From Turneriella sp. (lineage in GTDB: Bacteria; Spirochaetota; Leptospiria; Turneriellales; Turneriellaceae), in NCBI GenBank assembly GCA_965279515.1, contig CBDIID010000003.1, forward strand, positions 2,400,001 to 2,464,000: a DNA stretch of 64,000 nucleotides, read 5' to 3'. Every line of letters begins with the position of its first letter. The first letter of the stretch is position 1. Positions 49,670-61,600 of this stretch are shown in pieces. The translations under genes were made by a program, and so were the position numbers. The notes beneath the pieces were generated by a model, which did no database searches, was not told the DNA's origin, and saw only the letters and a list, made by a program, of their open reading frames with translations.

Positions 49670-52600
49670 AATACCCGAGCCCCCAGACTACATTTTTTCG
49701 ATTTGGTGACGTTGGTACTCGGTTTTCAAGGGTACCGGTTGAATTCCGGTGATATAATTGCCATCCCCTGTCTTCGCTACCATGACTGCCACCAGGCATT
49801 GGAGTTGAAATAACTGTGCTGGCATCTAAATGTGTCCAGCCACCGTTTTGGTCATTGGATACCTGATCCCAAACCTTAAAGTATTGTTGCCCATTAATTG
49901 TTTCGTTACCCACGATGTTCATTGTGTGGCCAGAAACGCGAATCATCGGATAGCGGCCTTCAGCTAGTTCATTCTGAACAAGCTGTCTCCAATGATCAGG
50001 ATTATCGGCCACACTGCGGAATTCCCATGTTTGACCCGCAGAATTCGTTTCTCTGCCTTGCCATCTCAGATCACTGCCCAACGCATCGGCAAAAAGATCG
50101 TAGTTGCTCAGGTAGCCGTCGCTCGGATTTATTGAACCATTAGCAGTACCTAGCCCGTAAGCTTCTGGCAAGGTGATGTTCCTACCCATCGCCGATGCTA
50201 GATTGGTTCTCGCTCCATTCAAATTGCATGCTTCAGCACCCGCACTGCTAGGTGTCAAATTAAACTGATTAAAGTACTCCGGCGTAAATCCGTTTGCCCC
50301 TGTTGCCAAGCCATCAACAACCCTCGGCGTACTAGAGCCAAATATAGAATTCCATGCACGCTGAAATATGTTCGGCCTATTTGCTTCCGCAGCGGCTCGC
50401 TGCGCTTCTCCCTGCCATGCTGCCAGACTTGCCCGCCCCTCAGCTTGAAGTTGCGTCTGCTGGGCTGTTGTCATCTTGCCACTATGCCAGTCGCTATAAA
50501 GCGTATCCAGAGTTTGGTTCAATTGTGCCTTCTCTTTGTCTGAAAGATTCATGCTCTCTATCATCTTCTGTGCTGTTGGCCGATCTTTCGCATGATAAGC
50601 AGCTTTAACAAGCTCCGCACGTTTCTGCATCATTTGCGCTTGTGCCGCTGCAGCTTCGCCAAACATGACGTTCGTCAATTTCACTTCTTTGCCGTATAGT
50701 TCATGGTTTGCAACAATCAAATCGGTCTCACCAATGTCTTTCCATGTGCCATCAGGGAACATAACTACCAAACCACCGTCGATGTTTGAAAGCGTACCAC
50801 CAAGCTTTGTGGCTACGTAAGCGTGCTCCCTTGTGCCACCGACTTTCTTTGCGTATTCGGTATTTCCTTGGGCAAGTGCACCGTAATCCACCTTATTCCC
50901 GGTGCTGCCGCTCAATGCGGCGATTTTCATCGCCTCAACTTGTGCATTTGTATTAAATCCTGAACCAGAAACGAAGTTTACCGTTTTTTGGAAGGTGTTG
51001 CTGATTCCCGTGCCAAGATCAGAGAAGAAATTCTTCGTCGAATTCCATGCACTGCTCGCACCCCTTCCAATAGCACTTCCCGTATCGCCAACCGCGCTTC
51101 CTATCGCTTTGAACCCATCCAGAATGCCACCCAGCACATCGTTATCCTTCCCTTCCTCACGTCTCGCCGCGATGATCGCACCGCCTCCGATCAGCTCACG
51201 GAATGGTTGCTGGTTGGCCGGTAGACTATTTCGATCGGCACCGCGGTTATTTACCATCTTTGCCATCTCACCGCCCGCATAAGTCCCCAGCGTATTGAAG
51301 ATACCTTCTGGCCCGTACGCATTCCACGCGTTCTTGTCTCCCAAGAGCGATGCAGTAATCGTATTCGCGAGGCGACCCACCTGCGTACCGACCAAATCTG
51401 ACTTGCTCATGTTACCTGCGTAACCCGATGCCACCGTCGATGCCATATTTGCCGCGAACGATGTGCCTGCCTTTTCCCAATTGTAGGCTTTCATCGAACC
51501 GTCATCGTTAAACTGGAAGCCGGACCCCAGTGCGTTGAAGGTCGTTGAAACAGTAGAGCCGGCAGTGCCGCCGCCTAAACCGTATTTGGCGTTGATGCCC
51601 GCACCGAGCATAGAGAAGCCACCCTGAACCAGTGCGCTGAAACCCGCCCCGCGGCTGGGGCCTGAATAGCCCACGCTGCCGTCGGATTGCATCTGAAAAC
51701 CGCTCATCAGATAGCTCGTTGTCTGCTGCGCAGCCGCGCCGACAACCGCATTACCTACTTTAGCTAGATTACTTGTCTCGCCGAAATAATTCAGACCACC
51801 CAGAAAACTGCCTGCAAAGGCGCCCGCTCCCTGAATTAGGCCCATACCCAGCTGACCCCAGCCATTGTTACCCGAAGCAAACGCGGCGCCGGTCTGTACT
51901 ACTGTGTTGGCGCTAGCCATAGCCAGGCTTACCCACATATTGCCCGTCAAGGCTCCGGTAACCGCGCTCGCAACGTTCATCGTTGTGTAGACGACCTGTT
52001 TCTTATCCGCAAGCCGTGTTTCTTCTTCATGTAAACCGCGGTAGGTGAGCTTATTCCATTTACTGCCATTAGCCCAACCACCCAATTCTCCAGAACCTTC
52101 GCTCAACAAATCGCCACCCGGACCTTTCCACTGCGCGATATCGCCGACATAGTCGCCATAGAGGCCCTTTTTGCTGCCGTCGCCACCGACAATCTTGAAC
52201 GCCTGCTCTAACGCCATCGTCTGTACCTCGAAGAACAGTTTCACGTCGGTATCGCGGCCGGTTTCAAGAAATTTGACCATATCGTCGCTCGAAAGCCGCG
52301 TCATACCCGCTTCGGTCATAGCACGCTCCATCATGCCCTCGATATTGGCGTTGCGGTAGGCGACAAATTCGTAATCACCCCACATACCTTCGTCCTTGGT
52401 GTACGTACCACCCTGTTGTGTGTAGCCCGAAGATACGGCCTGTGCCGTAAGCGCGATAGCGACTTTCTCGTCATTTTTCCGGAGCGATTCCTTGAAACTC
52501 TCTATCATCTTCTTAAAGTTTTCGTAGAGTTTGACGTTGTTGAGGATCGCCATTTTCTTTGAAAACTCTGCCATATTCTGTGTGAAGTTTTCTTCCAGAT

Positions 52601-55600
52601 TGCCGTTGTTAAAGCCCTTGAAGTGCGTCGCGTTACCTAATTCCAGCGTCACGTTAAACGCATTGATCGATTTATTGATTTGGCTGAAGATCTTCTCCGA
52701 AGATGGGCGGGTGCTCTCGAAATCGTTCATTGCCTGCGCAACCAGATCAGTTACATTAATTTCGGGTATCTCCGTCTGAATATTGGCGTTGGCTGCCAGA
52801 ACGCGGAGTCTCTCATTCAGGCTTGAACCTGTTGCAGCCAGCATCTTATCCAGCGACTGTTCCATAGCCGCAGTCTTGATCTCTTGCTGCCAGTTTTGTT
52901 TTTCCGCCATGAAAGTTCTGATCTTGTCGTCCCACTGTTTCTTGCCGGCTTCGATCTTGCGGTTCGTGTCGATCTCCCACTGGCGCCACGCCTTCAGGAA
53001 TTTCTGTTCTGACGCATTGAAAGATTCTGTGCCCCGGCTTTCGATGGTTGTCGCCAGATTCTCCCAGCGTGCGCGGGCAGCGTCGAGTTCAGCGCGACGT
53101 AAATCCCACTGCTGCGTCACAAGAGAGGCATTTTGCTGCTGTTGTACCTGGAAGACATTCGTCGAGTTTTCCTGGTAATCGCCCGCAAGAACCTGAAAGC
53201 CCTTGAACTGCTTGCCTTGATTGTCCGCATAGTCCCAAAGTGACCACATGGTTTTCTCGCGCTCGTTGAGCATCAACGTCTGCTCGTGCGCTCCACCTGC
53301 GGTCAAATAGCTTTGTTTCAGGTTGGCACGGAGTGAGTCAGTGTGGTTTGAAGTCAGATTCATTACACGACCCAGATCGTAAGTATCCCACACCCCACCC
53401 GCCGCGATCGGCGCGGTGATGTATTTCGCATAGGTATCGGTCATCGTACCATTATGCGACATCTTCTTGATTTTTATGTACTTATCTCCGTTCAGCCAGT
53501 AGAAGCCACCCTGCATCGTCGACTCCAGATTCTGTGTCGTCGTCTGTGAGGGATCATAAAGGTCTCCGGCTGCCGTCGCGAATTCAGGCGTCTCTGTCAG
53601 CGCCGTGATATTTGAAGCCCGCGCCGCGTCGTTAGTGCAGCTACCCGTCGGCGGGCAGTGCGCGCCCGCCGTGTAAGTTACGCCGGTCGAGTCGATGTAG
53701 TTTTGCTTCGTGTCCCTGACATAGCGCAGGTCGCTGTCTGAAAGGGCGTATTTCGCGTTCTGCCCGCCCCATTGCACAAGGCGATCTTTCAAGACCTGTT
53801 GGCTGGGCGCCTTCGTAAAATAATCCACCGCCGCCTGCGCGATCAGATATTCTTCTTCCTTTTGTTTGATGACGCCTAGTTTGTTACTGATCTGATCCCG
53901 CTGGAAGTTCAGGCCATTAATCTTATTCTGCCAGGTATTATCCTGATCGTTATACTGCATCACCGCCACTGTAATTGCGATGGTGGCCGGAATAATCAGG
54001 CCAAACCCAACTTTCGTATTAAAAGCGCCTGCGGCAAGAAATGGCCCCGCAAAAGCCCCGCCAAAGAGCGAAGCCGCCAATGCAGCAGCCGTCGCGTACA
54101 TACCCTTGGCTATGGCTAAGAATACGCCACCTGCAGCAATGACCGGGGTCATGACGCCTATCGTCCAGTTCATGAAATGCCGCTTTTCTTCCCGCTTCTC
54201 CCATTCCTGAATCATCGAAGCATTGGCGGCTTTAAAAGCGCCGTAATCGCCGGAGTTCAGCTGGCCAGCGGCAGCATAGGCTCTGAACTGATCTAAAAGA
54301 GCTTTATCTGCGGGGTTCAGCCCGTTATAGGCTGCCAGCTTCTGATTTCGATCGTTATGAACGGCAGCCTCATTCATCCCGTTTTCCGTCGTGCCCGCGA
54401 TGAAAATATTTCCACCCGATTCGTAGGCGCCCTCGGTATAGAACATGCCTGAAAGTACATCCATCAAGGCCCCATTGCCACCTGATGCTTTGATTGCCAT
54501 CAAAGTCGCAATGGACTTATCCCGATTGTAAACCTGCGGCTTGTTATTGGGGTCGGTTGGTTTAATCAGATTATCTTTGGCTTCATTATACGCTGCCAGC
54601 TTTAGTGCCGCGATGGCTTTACGTTTTTCGATTTCAGCATTCAGTATCTCCTGCGCCTTTTTGACGCGGATCATCCGCTCGCTTTCGAGTACGTATTCCT
54701 TACGCGCATCGATGAAATTCTGGTACGTCGCGCGCATTGCTGTTTCCTGCGCGGTTAAAGGCAGGCCCTGGTCGATCTTGGTGATCAGGTCAGAGAGCTG
54801 CGTCAGGGTATCCTGCGTGCGTACTTCGTCCGCTTTCGCCGTTAGCTGCGCCTGTGTCTGGTCGTAGCGCTGCTTCGCAGAGAGATACATCTGGTAAGCG
54901 TCGGCTTCGTTGGCGCTCGATGCCTGCGTTGATGAAGCGAAGAGGTAAGCCGTGGTGGCGAAATCTTTCACCGCCGCCTTTTTTTCATAGTCGGAGTTCT
55001 CTACCTGGAAGTTTTTGAATGCCCCCGACATGGTATTCAGCGCATCCGTATAGTAGGTAAAATGCTGCACATAGGTATTCTTCAGAGCCGTTTGCGCCGC
55101 AATCTGTGTATTGTATGCCGCTTCGGCCGCGTTCAGGTCTGCATAGACCTGGTTAAACTGCTGGTTGAGAAACCCGCGCGCGTTCGAACCTAAGAGCACA
55201 TCGCGGTGCGCCGCTTCGGCGAGCTTCTGCCGCGAATCGCGCACTGCAGCGGTGTTTTGCTCGATCGCTTTCTGTTTACCCAGGACGACATTTTCAGAAA
55301 GCCCTGTGGTCGCGTTATCGTCGAGTAACTGCGTATTGCGGCTGTCTTTAACCGCCGTGACCGCGTTTTTCAGGTCGTCGATACTACCGCCACCCTTGAA
55401 GGTAGTAATCGCACCAAGAAGGCCAGCCACCACCTGCGCGCGCCCGTTATTCGCAGAGGCAGCGTCGGTGGTCTCGGCCATCGCGAAGATACTCGCTAAA
55501 GCACGGTTCATACCCGACACAGCGGTAAGATAGTTGTTGGCAAGGTGCTCGCTGAACGCGACGGTTAAATCGGGATTTGCATCGGTGTTTACCTTATTAA

Positions 55601-58600
55601 TCGATTGCAGGTTGGCATTGAATGTGTCGGGGCCGACAGTCCACGAAACCTGATCTGCGGGTAAAACCGGCGCAGCGTCGCTCACAAGCTGTGCGCCATA
55701 GGTACCCGCTGCAAACATCGCCTCCAGGGCTGCCCCGGCATAACCCGCGCCGCCATTTAAGACATTCTGTTTGAGAGTCTTGCCCTGAAGATAAGCGGGC
55801 AGTGTTGCCGGAGTTTCATTGGGGAAGAGTACCCGCTGCTTATCGGCAACTGATTTTACGAAAGATCGGTAATCGAGAAACAGCGAGCCGCCATTCGCAA
55901 GGTTTGCCGTATCGCCGCGCAGCGCCGCAAAGCGTTTCAGGTTATCCGCAACAGCATAGTTGCGGCCGAAGACGCGCTGCCTGCCCGTCGTCACTGCCTG
56001 GTTGTTTTTTAGCTTCTGGCCTATGGCATCGGTGACAGCCGTTAAATTCGCCTGCGCGAGCGCCTCGGCGACCTTGATTTCATAAGATACGTCGGTCGCA
56101 AAAGTCGCGTTCGTCAGCGAGGCATCGCTCATGAGCCGAGCCACCTTGTTACGCTGCGCGGTGGTTTCCTGAATCGTGTTGAAAAACTGTGTCAGGCGGG
56201 ATTGTTCCGCTTCAAAAAAACCCTTTTCCTGCGTGTTGAGTTCCGCCGCCATTTTGGCGAAGTCGGCCGCCGTAATGGTGGTCGCCCCCAGGGTTACGCC
56301 AGTACCACTGCCCTGCATATATTGCGCAAAGGCTTTGTAGAATTCGTTAAAATTCTGCGTCGCGGCAGCTCTGAGCGCCGGCGTCGACAGATGCTCCGCG
56401 GCCGCGCGCACCGTCGTTTCTGATTTAGAGAGATCGCCCTTAAAAAGTATGCCAGAGACACTAACAGGCAGGCTTACATAGGTCGTAAGTTCCGTGAGAT
56501 AATCACCCATGAACTTACGGTTTTCCGCAGAGAGCTTCGTACCCAAAGATAGCGCATAGTCGTCGAAGGCCGTTTTATTCTGGGGATTAAGTCCGTTGTA
56601 GAAAGTATTCGCTGCGGCATTACCGGCGAGGGATAACCCAAGCACAGTCATCCATGCTGCGAGCATGAAGCCTGCTTCGTTATTCTGCGCCAGGTCGCGT
56701 ACGCGCGCCGATGCGCCTTCCAGCGCCGAGTAAGAGGCGTTCTCTAAAGCAGAGAGATTGGCGCGATTTGCAATAAATCCCTCTTTTGCTACCGGATCGG
56801 CAGAGAAGACATTTTCTACCGTCGCCGTCAGGCGCAGGTTAAAGAGCGCCTGTGAGGGTGAGGGCGGCTGACCCGCCGAACCCGCCGCGACCTTTGTCGC
56901 CAAAGCGATGTCGTTGAAATAGGTATTCAGCGTTGCTTCCACGGCGGCACTGATCGTGTAACCGCTGGTGGAGATCATCTGCGCAATTTGCGCGTTCGTC
57001 ATCATACCGGCATCGAGCGCAAGATTCTCCGAAAGTTTTTGTTTCAGATAAACTGTCTTCAGTGCATCCGACAGCGAATTGGTATATCCCTGTCCGGTTG
57101 TCTTATAGTTTGCAATTGCGGTGAGCGCCGCAGGTAACAACGTGTCGGCGTTCACACGCGCATCGCTGGCAAACGTCGCCGCACTCATCACTCCTGAATA
57201 AAGAGACGGCATATAGACAGAGAGATTACCACCACCGTTGTTATTGAGACCGTAATATGCGAAGGCCTTGTTCCTGAAATCGACAAGTTCGATATTGCCA
57301 GAGAGCTGGTCTTTGAGCTCTACCCCGCTGATTCTGTAGGTATTATCGTTAAGAAACGTATCGAAGAATGTTTTGAATGCTGCGGCGTTCATACCAGCAG
57401 CGGGATTATTCGTCTGCAGATAATCGTCGAATTTCGCCATAAGAATTCGTGTTCTGAACTCTTTGGCTTCTGTGTTGACATCAACCTGGTTGGCGAGACC
57501 CGGATTCAAATCCGTCCCGAGGGCGCTGTGCCGTGCGTGCAGAATAATGTTTCTGAACTCATTTAAGAGATCGGAACCTGTTACCGATGCATCGATTTTG
57601 CGGCTCAGGAGATACTGTGCGATGAATCCGTTTGTATCCTTAGCACCTCCGCCTGCCAGGTAATCCTGAAGCGCCTGGCCTGAACCCGCCGCGCCGCCTT
57701 CGTCCAAAAAGCTGTAGAAATCATTCAGGTAGAAATGCCGCTGCATTTCCTGCGGATGCCCCGAAAGGTTGAGCGATGCGCGGTTCTGTTCGTCTGCAAT
57801 AGTAGAGTTCTTAAGCCTTAGGAATTCCTGATATGCGGCATTGAGGTCGTTATAACCCCGGAGCAGAATAAAATTCCTGACTTCAACGGGATAATCTGCG
57901 GCGGTAAAATTCGAAGCATAGTGGTATCGGTTAAGCGCCGCTGTCAGCTCTGACTGCCGTGCAAGGTCGGTGAATTTTTGCTGTTCCGTTGCCGATGGGT
58001 TAGCCAGTAAAGCCGTAAAATTCGTGAGCTCTGTTCTGAACTGGCCGAGTGGCATGCCGGCATTCAAGCCCTGCATCAGGTACTTAATCTCTGCGGCATA
58101 ATCCTGCTGCATTTCAGGCACGTTGGCAGTATTCGCCATCCAGGTATTAACCAGCCCGATCGCTGTTGCCGTCGTCGTCGCACCGGGAATGGAGTTCAAG
58201 TAAGCATCCAGCGCAGTCCTGAAACTGTCGGCACGTACCGCCTGCTGGGCGATAAAGGCATCAATCGACGCCCCGGCACTTCCGGCCGCCTGATACAGAT
58301 CGCGCGGCGAAAGCGCGTTGAGTTCGCTCTTGACCTGCGTTGTAAAGGCGTCGCCCTGCAACGCATTGAGCAACATGCTCTTGAGGCTCCCTGCATGAGT
58401 CACAGGGTCACCAACGACAGGGTTAGCTGTGACAATATCCCATAACTTCGATAAGTAAAGTTCCGATGCGCTGGAGCCCGTCAGGTATGCGGTTACTCCC
58501 GCGACAAAGTTGGCATCAGCTGTGATGTTGGTGATACTCGTCTGTATCGCGGCGGTTTTCAGTACATCGACGCCCGCGATGAATTCAGAGACGGAGAGCA

Positions 58601-61600
58601 CCTTGTTCTGCGCATACGCGGCCTGGCGCGCTTCTAAGAATTGCTTCTGAATCTTTGCACTGTAAAGTTGCTCGCGCACTTCCTTGAGCTGGCCTGATAA
58701 AGCAAAGAGTTCCGTCAGTGAATCGTGTACCGCTGCATCGGGCCCGACCGCAGTCACGCTAAAGAGATTCAGCAAGTCTTTGTTCTGTGTTTTAGAGAGT
58801 TCCGCAACAAAAGCGGAATACGCGCCGAGCGGAGAGGTGCCGTTTGCCGTGTCGTAATTTGACATCGCATTATTGATGTTCTGGTAAAACGCCAGAACCT
58901 TGGCAATATTCTTTAACCGCTCGGTTTCCAGAGTGCGCGTATTATCGGTGTTGGTATTGATCGTTGCAACAGCAGTTTGGCGGTTCGCAATATAGGCCTG
59001 TGCACTTAAATACTCAATTAGGGAGCTTTCCAGGCCAGAGATCGCCTGTTTCAGGTTGTCTGGTACGGTTTTGCGTTCAGCCTGCGCACGATCGACGTAC
59101 TGCGTCAGCACCGCCACCCAGTTCTCCAGAGACGAACCAGACTGATTACCCCCCAGAAGCACGGAGATATCCGCACTCGCAGGTGTTGTTCCGGGGAGGT
59201 TATTCGCAGTTAAGAATGCCGTATCGACCAGCGGTTGACCCGACACGTCGCGGCGAATATTACCATATGCATCTTTCTGGTAAAAGCCGATAACCTGCTT
59301 GATGGTATCCGCAAGGCCTTGCTCGGCCGCAGCCTGTTCTGCGCGGTAGCTTGCATCCTTAACGGCAGACCATTCGGAGTTTAAGCGGCGGTAACCTTCT
59401 TCTTCAATACGGTACTGCCAGAGCGAGTTTTGCACGAACGGCGCCATCACAAGAGATGATCCCCGGCTGATAAGCTCTGACGCATACGCCCGTAGTGGAT
59501 CGATCGTTGTGCGTAGGGCACCCGCGTCGATATTCAGTTGATCGATGTCATTTTGTAGTGCCGTCTTCTCATTTGTCTTCTGCGTGATTTCGTTATTAAT
59601 AGCGGTCAATTCACCACCAGATACCGTGAGCGCCAAAGCTGTGAGCGTTGCGATATCGCCGTCGATTCCCTGTATCGCGACGGCTTTTGTTTGAATCTGA
59701 CCGATCTTGGCTGCGAGCTGCGTTTCATACGTACGCGCTTCGCGGTCTTTGGAAAGGTATTGTTCCTTCGCCCAGATTGCACCGTAATTCAGGTTGAGCT
59801 TCTGCAGCTCTTGCGTCATGCCATTGCGGGCATTGGTCAGATCGGCGACCAGATTCACCGTACTGCCTTCGTTAACGTAATGGCCGATATACGACTGTAT
59901 GATGAAACGCGTGTCATCCGCCTGCTGTGGCGTCAGGGAATTCAGGTAACTTGTAAGAGCTGCCTGCGCAGCCGTCGCATTCGGCGCGCCTAAGATCGTT
60001 GTCAGTTGATTGCGCAGAGCACCGCGCGTTGAATTAAAGTTGGTTACCCAGGCATCTGTCGCTGATTGCGGCGCCTGGCTCGTTACGTCTGAGAAAATCT
60101 GATTTTTTTGCTGGTAAAACTGCACCTCCTCCAGGAATTTTTGCCATTTTTGTTCGATTGTCTGCCCACCGGGGGGCGGTATCGATGACAGGTTGTCGAT
60201 GCGGGCTTTAACGTTCGCGTCGGTTAAGTAGCTCCTCACGATCCACAGTTTTTCGAGTGTTACATTAAAGCTTGTATCCGTCTTACCTTCGAAGAGACCA
60301 AAATCATAGCTGGAACCATTCACCCAGGCATTGCCGGCATTGTTGCGCTGATTGCCACCGAGAATCTGCGCAATCTGATCGTCGACTGTCTTAAGCAGCG
60401 TTTCGCTGTTCGAAACCGCCTGATTATTGCCGGTGATAACGGCGCTGACGAGGCCTTGCAGGTGATTCACAGCAGCTTCGTTGAGGCGTTCATACTGAGC
60501 ATTGGTACGCGTCACCGCGTCGCCGACTTCTTTCTGCAGCGTCGTCGCATTTAATATGGCCGTCTGCCCGCCCAGGTTCGACTGGGTGTCCAAAAGGTAG
60601 TCCAGGGCTTCGGAGTTAATTTTCTTCTCCATGCGCAGGCTAACGATAAAGCCGTCGATGTTCTGCCGCAGGGCTTCGGTTGCGATCAGTAATTCTTTTT
60701 CTTTCTGTGCTATCGTCGCGGCATTGCCGCCACCAATGGCTGTTTGCAGCGCAGTCTGCGCAAGTACATAGGCGTTCTTGCGTGTTTCAATACCGTCGAA
60801 AAGATCGATCGTCTGCGACCAGTTGACAACAGGGCCCGTACGCTTCAGAAAATCGTTTTCTTTCGCCTTGAAGTCGGCGGCAATCGTCGCAATATCCTTA
60901 CCGGCAAAGCCCGCTGTGAGCATCGTGTCGAGCTCCGCCGTCTGTGTACGCGCGACTTTCAGGTTTTCAATGGATTGAAGTACTTTCGTCGTGAATCCTA
61001 AATCTTTCTGCGCTTCGGTGCGCTCTCTGAGCAGGCGGTAATAATCGAGCTCGGAGGCGGAGACCACGTCTTTCATTTCAGTCACGCCGTTAACGAGCAC
61101 CATACGGTTGGTTACAGCAGCCAGCTGCTGTCCCATGTTCGATATTTCGGTCGCGATAATCGCTTGCGAATTAGGCAATGCGATAACGTCGAAATTCTTT
61201 TTCGTCTGACGATAGATATCCTGTTGCAAATCGTATGCCGCTTTTGCGCCGGCGACAACAACAGCCTGCGCTTCGATCAGGCTCTTATCGGCCTGAAGCT
61301 GCGCGCCGAGTTCCGTCAGGTTCATGAGAAGGGGATTTCCCGGCACCATAGCGCCTTTAACGTCGGCGATGATCGCAGCGAGTTCTGAAAAACGGTAATT
61401 GCCCTGAAGGTCAGTGAGGGATTGATTTAAGGCGTTTGCCGCGGCTTTCAGCTGCGTCCAGCGCTGCTGTTTTTCGAGAAGCGCGTCGCCGGTAAGACCG
61501 ACGGTCCACTCGTTCTTCAGCTGGATGAGCTTATCGGAAAACTGCTGCAGATAATGCACGTTGTTTGCAGTGCCCGAGGGCGTTGCCGGATTTGTTCCAC

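Noticed and set aside
50076..52078. GTTGGGC heptamers inside the giant gene (minus strand, 50076-50082 and 52072-52078) as in-frame cassette crossover points
   Set aside because: About one such 7-mer is expected by chance in 14 kb; one splits the Cys and His of the peptidase domain; no L-box arms were seen nearby.
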